Notes: generated by a model not told the origin, from the letters alone. 64,000 bases of DNA from a virus (IMGVR_UViG_3300036939_000082:1-64000); one strand, 5' to 3'; shown: positions 9,367-19,531, counted from the first letter of the stretch. Translations and numbers: made by a program.

Positions 9367-11202
9367 TTATTCACTGTCGCCATCGTTTGCAGCAAGGCAT
9401 TTCTCAACAAATGAGGCATAAAAATTTTTTTGTGCTTCACTGCCATACTTATTAATGATGTAGACAAAGCAAGGCTGTCCGACTCGTCGATAGACACCAC
9501 CTGACGAAAACTTCCAAGCTTTTTTTATGATTTCAGAACCTGCCCGATTCGTATCTTGATACGCACAAAGTTGCTCAAAAAGCACTAATTCGTCGCGATC
9601 TGGTAAGTATTTTGCAAAATCAGAAGCATCCCAGATACGCCGTAAACCTTTATCCTGTGAGGTTTCTGGCATTTGATACGACTCCTGATACGCCTCTGAT
9701 AGGTTTTTTGGTATCAAAGGCGTATCAGAGGCATTTTGGCGCGATCGTCTCTCGTCTATAAGGTGATCGATCTCTTCAGTCGTTAGTTCGGACGACCATT
9801 CATCCCAGGGCGGAGTGTCGTCTGGAGACTCTTTATAGATACGCGATAACGTGGTTCTTTGTTCTTCAATATCTGAATCTGGCTTTGCTTCGACAGTAAT
9901 TATCCTTTCAACTTTAGTGTCTGAATTGCGTTGCTGTCCGACTGGTAGTAAGGCTTTGGTAATTTTAGGTAAAAGACCTACAAAAGCTTCTCCACCTGTA
10001 CACAAAAACACTGGTTGTTTAGTTTGTCTAGACTGAGTAATTAAATCAGACAGTTCGTTAGTCAAAAGCTTCCGATTTTCATCAGAAGGAATAATATAAG
10101 CATTCTTTAAAATCAATTGAATTAAATTATAGTCACCTTGTTTTTCTCCTTTGTTGTTAATAGATTCCAAACCTTGAGCAACAATTGCTAAACAAGTTCT
10201 TAGGTTAGCATCTCCGACTAATCCTAGCGACTCTAAGATAGCACTCTGAGCCAAGATAAACAATGCAATATTTAACTCTCGACCAACTGTAACTATATCG
10301 CTAAGAATTATCTGGACTTCGTTCCAAACAAGTTTGTTTTTCTTGAGAATGAGGCAAATAGAACTCCAGTCTTCAAGGATTAAACGTATGGTTGAAAGCT
10401 TAGGTCTGTCTTCCTCTGGTACATCAGTTCTTTCCTGAAAAATTATATGAATTTCCCGCAACTTATCTAAAGCATTAACTGGATCTAATGAATTAAATCG
10501 AACAACTCTATTTGCTTCACGCAATCCACAGAATGAATCATTTTTTCTAGAAATGACCCAAACATCAGCATCGGGAAAGTCCTGATAAAGAAATTCAAGA
10601 TATGCGCTCAAGGTGTGCGATTTTCCAGCCCCTGTAGAACCAACGACTAAGATTGACATATCAGACTTGCGAAGTCGTTGGAGAAGTCGTTTTCCTTTGT
10701 CTTGTGGTTCGACAGAACTAGACTGTGTTTCCGATCCGATCGCCCCCGCTTCAACGCTACCACCAACCCGATCGCCCCGCCCCATTTTCTCAAGCTTCTC
10801 CAATTCCGATCGCCTCCGAGCTTCCTCAATCTCCGCCTCCAAAAGACCTGGAAACTTTATCTGCTTCAAGGTTTGCAGGTGTCGCTGGTGGTCGAGGGCT
10901 TGAATTTCGACGTTGGCTTGGGCTCGACTTTGGGCGATCGCCACCTCTTCCATTTTTAGGACTTCAAGCGTGGACTGCTCAAGCATTTTCTGATGTTCTT
11001 TCAGCTCAAAAGCCTTTAAATCAAAGGCTTCCTGGTCTTGTTCGAGTTTGTGACCTTTGAACCCCGCAGCAAATCCCGCAGCGGCTCCGCCAGCAAAGAG
11101 AAATGCTTGAATCCGGTTTAAGTTCTTATAGGGAACTAAAAGCAATCCGGCGATCGTCAAAATTGCACTGCCACCAATTAAAATCGATTGTTTCAGTTTC
11201 AT
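9367..11202 (-). CDS. Membrane-anchored FtsK/HerA/VirD4-superfamily ATPase (TraB-like DNA translocase candidate)
   Basis: Two N-terminal TM segments, coiled coil, Walker A GSTGAGKS, Walker B LILED, and GRELNI...AQS (Arg finger and sensor). Confidence 0.75.
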   Translation of the reverse strand: MKLKQSILIGGSAILTIAGLLLVPYKNLNRIQAFLFAGGAAAGFAAGFKGHKLEQDQEAFDLKAFELKEHQKMLEQSTLEVLKMEEVAIAQSRAQANVEIQALDHQRHLQTLKQIKFPGLLEAEIEEARRRSELEKLEKMGRGDRVGGSVEAGAIGSETQSSSVEPQDKGKRLLQRLRKSDMSILVVGSTGAGKSHTLSAYLEFLYQDFPDADVWVISRKNDSFCGLREANRVVRFNSLDPVNALDKLREIHIIFQERTDVPEEDRPKLSTIRLILEDWSSICLILKKNKLVWNEVQIILSDIVTVGRELNIALFILAQSAILESLGLVGDANLRTCLAIVAQGLESINNKGEKQGDYNLIQLILKNAYIIPSDENRKLLTNELSDLITQSRQTKQPVFLCTGGEAFVGLLPKITKALLPVGQQRNSDTKVERIITVEAKPDSDIEEQRTTLSRIYKESPDDTPPWDEWSSELTTEEIDHLIDERRSRQNASDTPLIPKNLSEAYQESYQMPETSQDKGLRRIWDASDFAKYLPDRDELVLFEQLCAYQDTNRAGSEIIKKAWKFSSGGVYRRVGQPCFVYIINKYGSEAQKNFYASFVEKCLAANDGDSE

Positions 11203-11582
11203 TGCCCACCTCCGATCGCCCCGACCAAAAACACGATGACAAGCAACAGGGCGATCGCCCCACCAACGTGAACGGGTTTAATTAAGTAAATCAAATCCCA
11301 CCAGGGAAGGATCAAGCCGACAGCAAGCGATAATCCGCTGTAAAACTGGAACGACTTATCGTTCGCGGGAAAAAAGATTAGCGCTGCAACTCCCAGTCCG
11401 GCTCCCAGCGCGTACAAACCCCAGTAGTTTGGGGCGATCGCCACCATCGTTGTTGCTAGTCCGCCAACCGCAAACCATCCGAGAAAGTAGGATGCCTTGG
11501 TTAGATTGCGCCGGAATCTCAGCTCTTTAGATATTTCTGGCGTGACTTGGACGGGTTCTGGTTGCTGCTGCGAAAAATACAT
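11199..11582 (-). CDS. Four-TM membrane protein
   Basis: GGAG RBS before ATG 11582; four hydrophobic stretches; stop overlaps the ATPase start. Confidence 0.65.
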   Translation of the reverse strand: MYFSQQQPEPVQVTPEISKELRFRRNLTKASYFLGWFAVGGLATTMVAIAPNYWGLYALGAGLGVAALIFFPANDKSFQFYSGLSLAVGLILPWWDLIYLIKPVHVGGAIALLLVIVFLVGAIGGGQ

Positions 11583-11674
11583 CTCGATCTCCTGTAAGTC
11601 TTGTCGTGTGTTTGTTTGAAATATGTGCGCCAAACAGAATTGCACAATTAGCAATTTTGTTTGGCGCATTCTGT

Positions 11675-12529
11675 TCATCGATTTTTGGCAATATTGCCAA
11701 TTCTTTGGAAACCGCGCATCAAAGTGCCGATTGCCCCGCCAATTGCTTTTTTTGTTGCGCCCGCCGCATCCCCTCGCCAAGTAAAAGCAATTTCGTCGCG
11801 AGGTCTGGCAGTTTGTTGTTGGTAAAATTGGGCGAATCCGATAGGTGCGGCGGACTGACCTGACATCCCCGCTAGCTCCAAAAATCTTGGGTGACTAAAA
11901 CCCGAAGTTCCATGCTTTAGAGCTAGTGTACTTTGCTCTAAAAGTATATCCATCTCGCTTTTGCCACTAATACCCCACTGCGCGATCGCCTCAGCTACTT
12001 GCGGATCGGTCTGCATGGATTTGATTCTCTCATCCAGATTGACTTTATATTTTCCGAGCAAATTACTGCATTCCGCTTGCAAAAAAGTCTTGTATTCAGC
12101 AGTTTGATTGGAATGTAGCTTTTTAAACTCTGCTACCCTGTCCTTTCCTTGCGCCACCGCCTGTTCAAATTCGGATTCCGCGATCAGTGACTTGGTAGCA
12201 CCTTTTTCGATTTTCGCTAAGCCCTTCCAACCTTTAGTTTCAATGCGCGATTGCATTTCATCCCAAGATATTTGCCCGTCCACAATCGCAGAAAGGTCTT
12301 CTTCGAGTTCAGGAAGGATTTTTTTGAGTGCTTCCATTTGTTTGCGACGATCGCCTATTGCTGCAAGTGTGGCTAAAGTCCATGTGGATGGGTCATTAGT
12401 CTTGAAACCATAAGCGGTTTGGAGCATCTCCTGACCGTTCGGAGTAACAGTGCGGTTCTGGAGGGAACTCAACATTGAGCCACCGCTTTCATTTTTGCCT
12501 GGGGCTGCGCCCGGTGTAATGTTTCTCAT
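11675..12529 (-). CDS. Coiled-coil hypothetical protein
   Basis: TAATG overlap with the upstream gene; helical composition. Confidence 0.65.
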   Translation of the reverse strand: MRNITPGAAPGKNESGGSMLSSLQNRTVTPNGQEMLQTAYGFKTNDPSTWTLATLAAIGDRRKQMEALKKILPELEEDLSAIVDGQISWDEMQSRIETKGWKGLAKIEKGATKSLIAESEFEQAVAQGKDRVAEFKKLHSNQTAEYKTFLQAECSNLLGKYKVNLDERIKSMQTDPQVAEAIAQWGISGKSEMDILLEQSTLALKHGTSGFSHPRFLELAGMSGQSAAPIGFAQFYQQQTARPRDEIAFTWRGDAAGATKKAIGGAIGTLMRGFQRIGNIAKNR

Positions 12530-12927
12530 TAGAGATCCTCGCAATTAAAATACAGTGCAGCTAAGAACATCGCTTCGCCTACCTGATTTCTTTCCACCAC
12601 AGGCAGTTTAGATAAATCGATGCCAAGGATAATAGAAAGTCCGGCTTCAGCAAAAACTTGAGACAATCCAAGCTTGAACGCTTTGAATGGATTTTTCTTC
12701 GCAGCTAACTCATTTGATAATTCCTTACCTTTTTCTTTTGCCAACCTGTGCAATTCTGCTATTGGATATACGTCAATAGATACCCCTTGCGGTAGAAAGG
12801 TAGATAAAGCGTCTCGTTTAAGGAACCCGTAACAAACGTTGCTTTTTGTCTCAATTAACTGATGAAAATATTGTTGTACCTTGATAGGCAACTGTTTGGC
12901 ATATGTTTCGACTTCTGTTTTTTGCAT
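12529..12927 (-). CDS. Hypothetical protein (probable start MQKTEV)
   Basis: 3' part of the 244-aa ORF. Confidence 0.55.
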   Translation of the reverse strand: MQKTEVETYAKQLPIKVQQYFHQLIETKSNVCYGFLKRDALSTFLPQGVSIDVYPIAELHRLAKEKGKELSNELAAKKNPFKAFKLGLSQVFAEAGLSIILGIDLSKLPVVERNQVGEAMFLAALYFNCEDL

Positions 12928-12980
12928 TTTTTGGTTCTTTGACAAATAATTTGATCGCTTCTGATAGCCCCGGTTTCTGT

Positions 12981-13157
12981 TCAAAACAGCCATGAAAACA
13001 ACGAGCAATCTTTTGTTGGCTGTTTTTTTAATGACACAGCTCGTTTCGTGTCGATAACCCAAAGCAATTTTTTGAGTTTGGAAGATTGTTCGGAACTCTG
13101 AGTGGGTCGATCTCCCGCTGTTGTTGCTAAGCTTGCTGGATTTGGTTGAGTTTGCAT
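12981..13157 (-). CDS. Small hypothetical protein
   Basis: ATG 6 nt after the upstream stop; fills the operon gap. Confidence 0.35.
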   Translation of the reverse strand: MQTQPNPASLATTAGDRPTQSSEQSSKLKKLLWVIDTKRAVSLKKQPTKDCSLFSWLF

Positions 13158-13162
13158 CGTAT

Positions 13163-13579
13163 TTACTGGTTGTTGTGCTGTTTGCAGAAATCGGCGATAC
13201 CCGATCGCGCCTTGAATAATTCGATTTGTTGTTGCTGGGATTTTTGGGCTTCCCCGGTTGCACCGAGGTGGTGTCCGATCGCCCCAGAGCAAATCAATGC
13301 TCCAATTAGCACGCCCGCGACCAACAAGGAATTTTTCTTGGAAGTTTCCGATACTGCGACTGGTTGGTTTTGGGGTAACGGGGCGATCGGGTAGCCAGTT
13401 GTATCAAAACTAATGTGCATTGATTGAGCTTGCTGCTGTGGTAGGCTATTTTCTTCTTGCTGCTCGACTAGATAACTCATCAACAGAACCTCATCAGTAA
13501 TTCCATGTCGGTAACAGCGTAGGGCTGACCTGGGCGGAAGAAATTTTTCAAGAAACGGATCATTAGTAGGTGGCTCCAC
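13163..13579 (-). CDS. Single-TM hypothetical protein
   Basis: Hydrophobic segment SLLVAGVLIGALICSGAIG. Confidence 0.55.
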   Translation of the reverse strand: MEPPTNDPFLEKFLPPRSALRCYRHGITDEVLLMSYLVEQQEENSLPQQQAQSMHISFDTTGYPIAPLPQNQPVAVSETSKKNSLLVAGVLIGALICSGAIGHHLGATGEAQKSQQQQIELFKARSGIADFCKQHNNQ

Positions 13580-13643
13580 AGATTATTGTTGGGACTGACG
13601 AAGACAAACAGACTGACGATTTGCTTGTCTTCGCGAAGTTTTT

Positions 13644-14297
13644 CTAAGTAATCGACCAATTCTTGATTGCGTCGATCGCCTCTTGCGCTTCTTTCGACCT
13701 TGTTAACTTGGGCGCGATCGGCATTTCCGTGTATGTTTTTTGAGCGGTTCCGTCCAAAAAACCCTCACCTTCAACAATCTTTTCACGGTATAATTCGTAC
13801 TCGTCCTGTTCTGCCTGCTGTTTTCCAAGTACACCCTGACGGACGGAGAGAATCCCGTCAATCCGAGCATATTCGCCAGTGAGTTCTTCGAGTACACCCT
13901 CTTGAAATTTATCGTCTCTAGCGCGGTTCAGCCGATCGCTAAAAACTTGCTTTCTTGATGCCAATTCAGCACTTGCTGCACCCGAATACTGTCGTTGGAC
14001 ATCCTTAACGATTGGTTTGCGAATTGGGCGATCGTCTTGAACCGAAGAAGGTGCTTGCTCTGTCAAACCTTGAGATGGTGAGCTACCAGCCAATCTCGGA
14101 GCAGCCTTCGCCTGATTTTCGTATGCGGATTTAATATCTCGAATCTGTTGCGGGAGCAATTGCTCGCCAGATTCTGCTGAAATTTCGAGTTGCATGGCGA
14201 TCGCGTACAATGCTCCTTCTGGTGCTTTGATAGCTTGGCTTAGTTGGGCGATCGTCTTGATTTCGCTGTTATTGTTTGACATGGAAAAGTTCCTCAA
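13644..14297 (-). CDS. Hypothetical protein with N-terminal HTH-like segment
   Basis: TIAQLSQAIKAPEGALYAIA helix pattern followed by coiled coil. Confidence 0.55.
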   Translation of the reverse strand: MRNFSMSNNNSEIKTIAQLSQAIKAPEGALYAIAMQLEISAESGEQLLPQQIRDIKSAYENQAKAAPRLAGSSPSQGLTEQAPSSVQDDRPIRKPIVKDVQRQYSGAASAELASRKQVFSDRLNRARDDKFQEGVLEELTGEYARIDGILSVRQGVLGKQQAEQDEYELYREKIVEGEGFLDGTAQKTYTEMPIAPKLTRSKEAQEAIDAIKNWSIT

Positions 14298-14658
14298 AGT
14301 ATGCCCGATGGCTGAATTGGTGTTTATTCTCTTTCAGATAAGCTCGAAGCTTTTCGTATCTTGGGTTGGGGTGCGATCTCATCCAGCGAGCGACCTTTTT
14401 GATGCACCACAGTTGATGAAGATTTAGCCCCCAACGTTTGTCCCAGAGCAATTGCCCGCTATTGGGACTTACGAGGTAGTCTGGGATGTTGGCTTTCAAT
14501 ATCCGATCCCACTCCCAGATTGTTGTTCTGGATTTGACACCTGATATTTTTAACTTGCTTCTCGGAACCGTGTAAGTTTCGAGGTAGCGATCTGTACCAA
14601 ACTCCCGACAAAACTCCTGCTCGGAAATTACTTGAACGTGTGCTTGCGCTTGTTGCAT
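14269..14658 (-). CDS. Small putative DNA-binding (MerR/Xis-like) protein
   Basis: First gene of the operon; SRTTIWEWDR HTH-like segment. Confidence 0.45.
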   Translation of the reverse strand: MQQAQAHVQVISEQEFCREFGTDRYLETYTVPRSKLKISGVKSRTTIWEWDRILKANIPDYLVSPNSGQLLWDKRWGLNLHQLWCIKKVARWMRSHPNPRYEKLRAYLKENKHQFSHRAYFEELFHVKQ

Positions 14659-14947
14659 AATTTTTCAGCTTTTTCGTCGAACGAGTGATGCACAAAATAA
14701 ATCTCGTTCACTGTCGCTTGTCCAGCGCTTATAAAAATAAATCTACAAGATACTTCTGAGTAACTCAATTACTTGTGATATCGCTACCTGCAACTCTTGA
14801 CTTATTTTGCATAATGCGTATAATTCAGCGCACAAATACAAGTGACAAAAATCAGGCACGAAACTACGTTCGCCGCGACACTTCCCCGTATTGCGTCTAA
14901 AATCAGAAAATCGGGCGATCGTCCAATCCCACAAATAACGAAAATAT

Positions 14948-15439
14948 ATGCTTTTAGCTGCGACTCCACCCCTTCCGGCTTTCACCGCTACTGTTACCAA
15001 GATCGTCGATGGGGATACCTTAAATGTGGTGATTCCCGGAAATTCTCAAGAAATCAAAGTAAGATTTGCCTGTGTTGACGCGCCAGAACTGGATCAACCC
15101 GGAGGAAAACCGTCGCGAACTAGCCTCTCGGCATTGCTGCCACTTGGTACAGTAGTTGAAATCAGACCCGTCGCTCCCAACGATCAATACAACAGAGTAC
15201 CTGCTTTCGTGTTCAGCGCAGGAAAAAATGTCAACTTACAGCAGACTCTTGCGGGTCAAATGTGGTTTTACCCAGAATACAGCCGCACCTGCCCGGAATA
15301 CGCCCCGGCGTTGAAAGCAGCCGAAGCTGAAGCGAGACTCAACAAGCTAGGACTTTGGAATCAACTCGATCCCTGTCGCCCTGCGGATTGGCGATCTAAC
15401 AAGTGTGTCGATCAAATTCCCGACTGCAAACCAATATAG
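14948..15439 (+). CDS. Thermonuclease (SNase family)
   Basis: KIVDGDTL, VRFACVDAPELDQ, DQYNR, AEAEARLNKLGLW. Confidence 0.9.
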   Translation: MLLAATPPLPAFTATVTKIVDGDTLNVVIPGNSQEIKVRFACVDAPELDQPGGKPSRTSLSALLPLGTVVEIRPVAPNDQYNRVPAFVFSAGKNVNLQQTLAGQMWFYPEYSRTCPEYAPALKAAEAEARLNKLGLWNQLDPCRPADWRSNKCVDQIPDCKPI

Positions 15440-15519
15440 TTTTCAAAAAAATTGGAATCTTACTAAAAAGTTAGATTCAAAGTCGCATACCAAACCTTTA
15501 AAAGTGCCAAATAGTCTAC

Positions 15520-15548
15520 TTGACATACTTGACACCTCAATCTAGAAT
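15520..15548 (+). promoter_or_regulatory. Sigma70-type promoter
   Basis: TTGACA-N17-TAGAAT upstream of 15602. Confidence 0.55.
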
Positions 15549-15601
15549 AAAAAAAACGCTTCCCGGTGAAGGTAAAGCGAAAACAGCATAAAAAGGTTTA
15601 G

Positions 15602-15910
15602 GTGTATATGATAACAGCTATCGCCCCAGAAATGCGGTTAACTGAGTTTTTCAGGATTTGGATACCTCGTCTCTATCCAGGGATCAAATATGAAGATCCA
15701 TGCCTGAAGCAAAAAACGAGAACCCCACAAGGAACTACTGAAGAGCTAACTTGGAAGCAAGCCTGTCTCCGGGAAATGGAAATTAACTGGGGGTATTCGC
15801 GGGAATACCTAAGATACCTCAAACTCACGAAAGCTTCAACTCCACTGCGGGAACAAGCTTACCGAATGAATATCGCCTACGAGAGAATATATGGACAAAA
15901 AGCGGCCTGA
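15602..15910 (+). CDS. Hypothetical protein
   Basis: 102-aa ORF overlapping the next gene. Confidence 0.55.
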   Translation: MYMITAIAPEMRLTEFFRIWIPRLYPGIKYEDPCLKQKTRTPQGTTEELTWKQACLREMEINWGYSREYLRYLKLTKASTPLREQAYRMNIAYERIYGQKAA

Positions 15911-16328
15911 TCGAATTGCTATCAAGGTTTTTTTCGATTCTTTGATAGAAAGAACGAATCTTAACGCGATGGCGGCGGATGCCGGTATTGCAGCTACAGA
16001 GTACGTTCGACGACTAATAGAGATGGCAGTAAAAAATTTTCGTCTCACCGGAAAACACATTATATTCCCTGACGCTCCTTTCTCTAGCGCAACCGCCAAA
16101 GACGATCGCCCCTCTATCGCCCAACTACTGCAATCTTGCGACTTACAACAGATGGCCGCTGATATCCCGTATCCGGTCGAAAGGTTGGAAGAGTTGAGGG
16201 CGGGCGATCGACCTTCAGACAAAGACCTGTCAGTTCTTGCTGTCAGCTCTCTAGGGCTGGCGATTGAAGAACTGGAACTGCTCCGATACATTTATTTTGA
16301 CCAGGAGACCCCATGCAACAAGAACTAA
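15891..16328 (+). CDS. RHH plus XRE-HTH putative regulator
   Basis: N-terminal strand-helix-helix (AADAGIAATEYVRRLI) and C-terminal HTH pattern. Confidence 0.55.
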   Translation: MDKKRPDRIAIKVFFDSLIERTNLNAMAADAGIAATEYVRRLIEMAVKNFRLTGKHIIFPDAPFSSATAKDDRPSIAQLLQSCDLQQMAADIPYPVERLEELRAGDRPSDKDLSVLAVSSLGLAIEELELLRYIYFDQETPCNKN

Positions 16329-16996
16329 ATCTTTTCCACAACTGCTCGATCGAACAGGTTGACGATCAAACACTGTTGATATCTCCGATGGGAGGCGCGG
16401 ACATGAAGTCCGCAGTCGCCCAAGGATTGCTTTACTCGATCTCGTCAATCAGGGCGGAACTCGAAATTAGGGGATTAAAAAAAGCCCTAATTGCCAGAGG
16501 TGAAGGCAAACCCCCCTATCCCATTTTGCGACCAACTTTTCCTGCTTTTTCCGAAGAGAGCTTGCGGGCGATCGGGCGATCGAATCCTACGCTGGCACGG
16601 GCAATGGACCCGATTGCAGAACTTGCAGAGGGAGAAAAGTTCATAACGATTGTAAGCATGGAAAGTGGTAGATGTAAACACAGCAACGTTACAAAAGAAA
16701 GGGGCATCCGCCCAGCTCCTGAATGGACTGGCTACGATTACCGTCAGTCATGGAGAATTGACGGCGAAAACTTGAGCGAGGAGTATTTCAAGTTAGTGAA
16801 CCGTTTATACGATAACGAACAACTCACTGGATTTGAGTATAAGCTAATTAGACCTGATGATGGAGCGTTAGTTAGCTATGCCACAGATTTCTTCTACTTG
16901 CCTGACTGGTACGGCGAACCCGTGCGGGTTGGTCTTTCAAATCCCAATGATTACCAGGTGTTGGAAGCGGGTCGGGGTGATCGGATAATTCGGTAG
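16313..16996 (+). CDS. Protein with C-terminal PAS-like fold
   Basis: FEYKLIRPDDGALVSY resembles the PAS/PAC strand motif (xEYRxxRPDG). Confidence 0.45.
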   Translation: MQQELNLFHNCSIEQVDDQTLLISPMGGADMKSAVAQGLLYSISSIRAELEIRGLKKALIARGEGKPPYPILRPTFPAFSEESLRAIGRSNPTLARAMDPIAELAEGEKFITIVSMESGRCKHSNVTKERGIRPAPEWTGYDYRQSWRIDGENLSEEYFKLVNRLYDNEQLTGFEYKLIRPDDGALVSYATDFFYLPDWYGEPVRVGLSNPNDYQVLEAGRGDRIIR

Positions 16997-17313
16997 TTTA
17001 TTGATTGATTGAGCTAAAGCCATGTTAGAAAAATTGATTGATTTTTTACTTCCAAGTCAAAAAAAAGTGTTTGTTGGTCAATACTATATAGCCAATGGGT
17101 ACTGGACTCATATTTATGAGGATCGCGACTGTTTATTGCCTTATCAAATTGATAGATTTATTTGGGAAATCCATCACGAGCGAAAAGGATTCACCGATAA
17201 TGGTCGAGCATCTTCCCAGTCTGAGGCAGTTATTTTGGCAGATAAATTTGTGTACTCCAACAATCTCGATGACTAAGAATTTGAAGTCGGGTCGGGGTGA
17301 TCGGATAATTCGG
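16968..17313 (+). repeat. 26-bp identical direct repeats flanking gene 17022-17276
   Basis: CGGGTCGGGGTGATCGGATAATTCGG at 16968-16993 and 17288-17313. Confidence 0.9.
17022..17276 (+). CDS. Hypothetical protein
   Basis: 84-aa AT-rich ORF. Confidence 0.55.
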   Translation: MLEKLIDFLLPSQKKVFVGQYYIANGYWTHIYEDRDCLLPYQIDRFIWEIHHERKGFTDNGRASSQSEAVILADKFVYSNNLDD

Positions 17314-17339
17314 ATAAGCTAACAGCAAGGTGGAATAAA

Positions 17340-17540
17340 ATGAAAAACTTGTACGAAGAATCGAAAGAATCGCTTAAGCGACTGCCTAGACAAATTTTAA
17401 AAGCTGGTGCAGTTCTAGGGGTATTGATCGCCATCTCAACAATACTAAATCTAAACAAACAGTTGTTTGCTGGCGCTATCGCCATTGGCGTCGTCGCAGG
17501 AATTGTGGTAGTAGCTCACGATGAATTACAAAACAGGTAG
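17340..17540 (+). CDS. Small two-TM membrane protein
   Basis: Two hydrophobic segments. Confidence 0.55.
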   Translation: MKNLYEESKESLKRLPRQILKAGAVLGVLIAISTILNLNKQLFAGAIAIGVVAGIVVVAHDELQNR

Positions 17541-17598
17541 ATATTTGCTCCAGATAAATAAACCGCGTTCCTCGCTCCGTGCGGGGATTTTTTATAAA

Positions 17599-18033
17599 AT
17601 GCTGCAACAAATAAAAATCAAACCAACAACCCAGAGTTTTATCTTAGACAAGTTACCGCCAACAATGAACGAAATAATAGCGATGGCAAAGCCTTTTAAG
17701 AAGAGTAGAAAATGCAGTCCTTACGACTTAGCAAAAATAGAGTGGAATCAGCGGATAAAAGAGATAGTCCGAGCTAAAAAACTTAAGTCGTTCAATACTC
17801 CGGTATGGATTCATTTGAGATTTTTTGTAAATAAAAAAATAGATTTAGACAATCTTCGCGCCTGTCAAAAATTCATCTTAGACGGTATGATCGAAAGCAG
17901 GTTTATTCCGTCAGATAGCAGAAAAAATGTAAAAAACATCACTTACGAAGAAAACGAACCCCTAAAAGGGATAGTAATTATTGTCACGGTATCCGACAAA
18001 CCGATGTATAGATTGGAAGCGATTAAATATTGA
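17599..18033 (+). CDS. rusA: RusA-family Holliday junction resolvase
   Basis: DLDNL..CQKFILDGM....IPSDS catalytic pattern. Confidence 0.8.
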   Translation: MLQQIKIKPTTQSFILDKLPPTMNEIIAMAKPFKKSRKCSPYDLAKIEWNQRIKEIVRAKKLKSFNTPVWIHLRFFVNKKIDLDNLRACQKFILDGMIESRFIPSDSRKNVKNITYEENEPLKGIVIIVTVSDKPMYRLEAIKY

Positions 18034-18105
18034 ATCACACAAAAATTGGGCGATTGTGCTAAAATATTTTTAAGCTTGTAGACAATAGACAAAAATAAAA
18101 CAATT

Positions 18106-18552
18106 ATGGTTGTGCGCTGGAAAGGAACAGACTTTGAGTTTTTGGATGAAGAGTCTTTTGAGGCTTTATCAACAATTAACTATACACTACCATGTAGAAA
18201 CTATTCGCCAGTAAATTGGGATTTAGACAAAAAAATCCCTTACGTGCATTACTCGGAAGCATGGGCAACAACAGAAAGAGTTGTATTTGGATTGCAAGAC
18301 GATCGCCTCACATACAACTACGACGATCGCCTATGCCAATGGGATTACAAAAAATGGCAGTCCAGCAGACAAATAGAAGGAATTGAGAAAAGAAATCCTC
18401 GGTACTGGCAAGAGGTATTGCGGAAATATTGGGACGATCCGGAACTAGAATTGGGTTGTATCATTACAGCCGTCAATCAAAGCAACGGATTCCAGTATTT
18501 GGTTTTTGGATGCAAGCACAGCAAAAAACAGGAGGCAACTTCTTCACAATAG
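18106..18552 (+). CDS. Hypothetical protein
   Basis: 148-aa ORF. Confidence 0.6.
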   Translation: MVVRWKGTDFEFLDEESFEALSTINYTLPCRNYSPVNWDLDKKIPYVHYSEAWATTERVVFGLQDDRLTYNYDDRLCQWDYKKWQSSRQIEGIEKRNPRYWQEVLRKYWDDPELELGCIITAVNQSNGFQYLVFGCKHSKKQEATSSQ

Positions 18553-18614
18553 TCAACTCAAAAAAATAATTCTCACGCCGAGCGACCGATCGCCCGGTTT
18601 TTTATATAAAAACT

Positions 18615-19094
18615 ATGGATATAACATTCACGGGAAACGATTGGACTTTTTACGCGCCGCACAACCCAAGCAGTGGATTGAATATAGTGTCGGGAGTGCG
18701 GGCGATCACCTCCCGAATCCTCCACGTCATCCTCACCCGCAAAGGAGAAGACCCGATTCACCCGTCGCTGGGGATAGCGCCGGATCTGTTTCAGCCGCTC
18801 TCGACTTACGAACCCCGTTACCTGGCATTCCACCTTGAAGAAGCGGTTATGGATTGGAACGATCGCGCCAAAATTGGAATAGGGGCGATCGCGGTAGGGA
18901 TTGTGATTTACGAGGAGCGGTACACAAACGGGATGGCGATCGAGATTCAGTTTACCCCCGAAGAAGAAGACTTGGTAAGTACCCTAACCTTTGGATACTG
19001 GGAGTATTTGGGGGCGGTACACGAGCGATCGCTTCAAGAATTTTTAGACGGAATTCAACTTGACGGGCAACAATTTCGATCGCTAGTAAGTTAA
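18615..19094 (+). CDS. Baseplate wedge protein, GPW/gp25-like
   Basis: SRILHVILTRKGEDPIHPSLG (compare IL.T..GER...P.FG). Confidence 0.8.
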   Translation: MDITFTGNDWTFYAPHNPSSGLNIVSGVRAITSRILHVILTRKGEDPIHPSLGIAPDLFQPLSTYEPRYLAFHLEEAVMDWNDRAKIGIGAIAVGIVIYEERYTNGMAIEIQFTPEEEDLVSTLTFGYWEYLGAVHERSLQEFLDGIQLDGQQFRSLVS

Positions 19095-19096
19095 TA

Positions 19097-19477
19097 TTGC
19101 TGTATGCTAGAAATAGCACAAAACAAAAGCAAAGCACAATGCTACTAAAACTTAAATTGCCAGAACAGGAACACGGAAGTCACAAAAATCTTGATTATTT
19201 AGAGATTGACTCAGAAACTAGCGTCGTGGCAAGCGTAGTTGGTGTCGAAAAATCAAAACACAACACCCGGTATCACCTAGGTATCCAAAAACTAATATGT
19301 ACGAGTTATCCAAATAACTTTGAGTCGATTATTTTGAAGCAATTGAATTCAACAAAAACTTGGACATTAGAAGTTGAATTCAAGACTGAAAATCGAGATG
19401 GCGATTCACTTTGCAAATCACACTCGCTAAAGGTATTAAGCGTCAAAACAGTAAACAGTTTTGAGGACATTGATTGA
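19097..19477 (+). CDS. Hypothetical protein
   Basis: ORF; probable start near 19139. Confidence 0.5.
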   Translation: MLYARNSTKQKQSTMLLKLKLPEQEHGSHKNLDYLEIDSETSVVASVVGVEKSKHNTRYHLGIQKLICTSYPNNFESIILKQLNSTKTWTLEVEFKTENRDGDSLCKSHSLKVLSVKTVNSFEDID

Positions 19478-19531
19478 GTTGCTTTAAGTTCGATATGTCA
19501 AAAAAAAAAACACAAAACAAGATACAAACCC

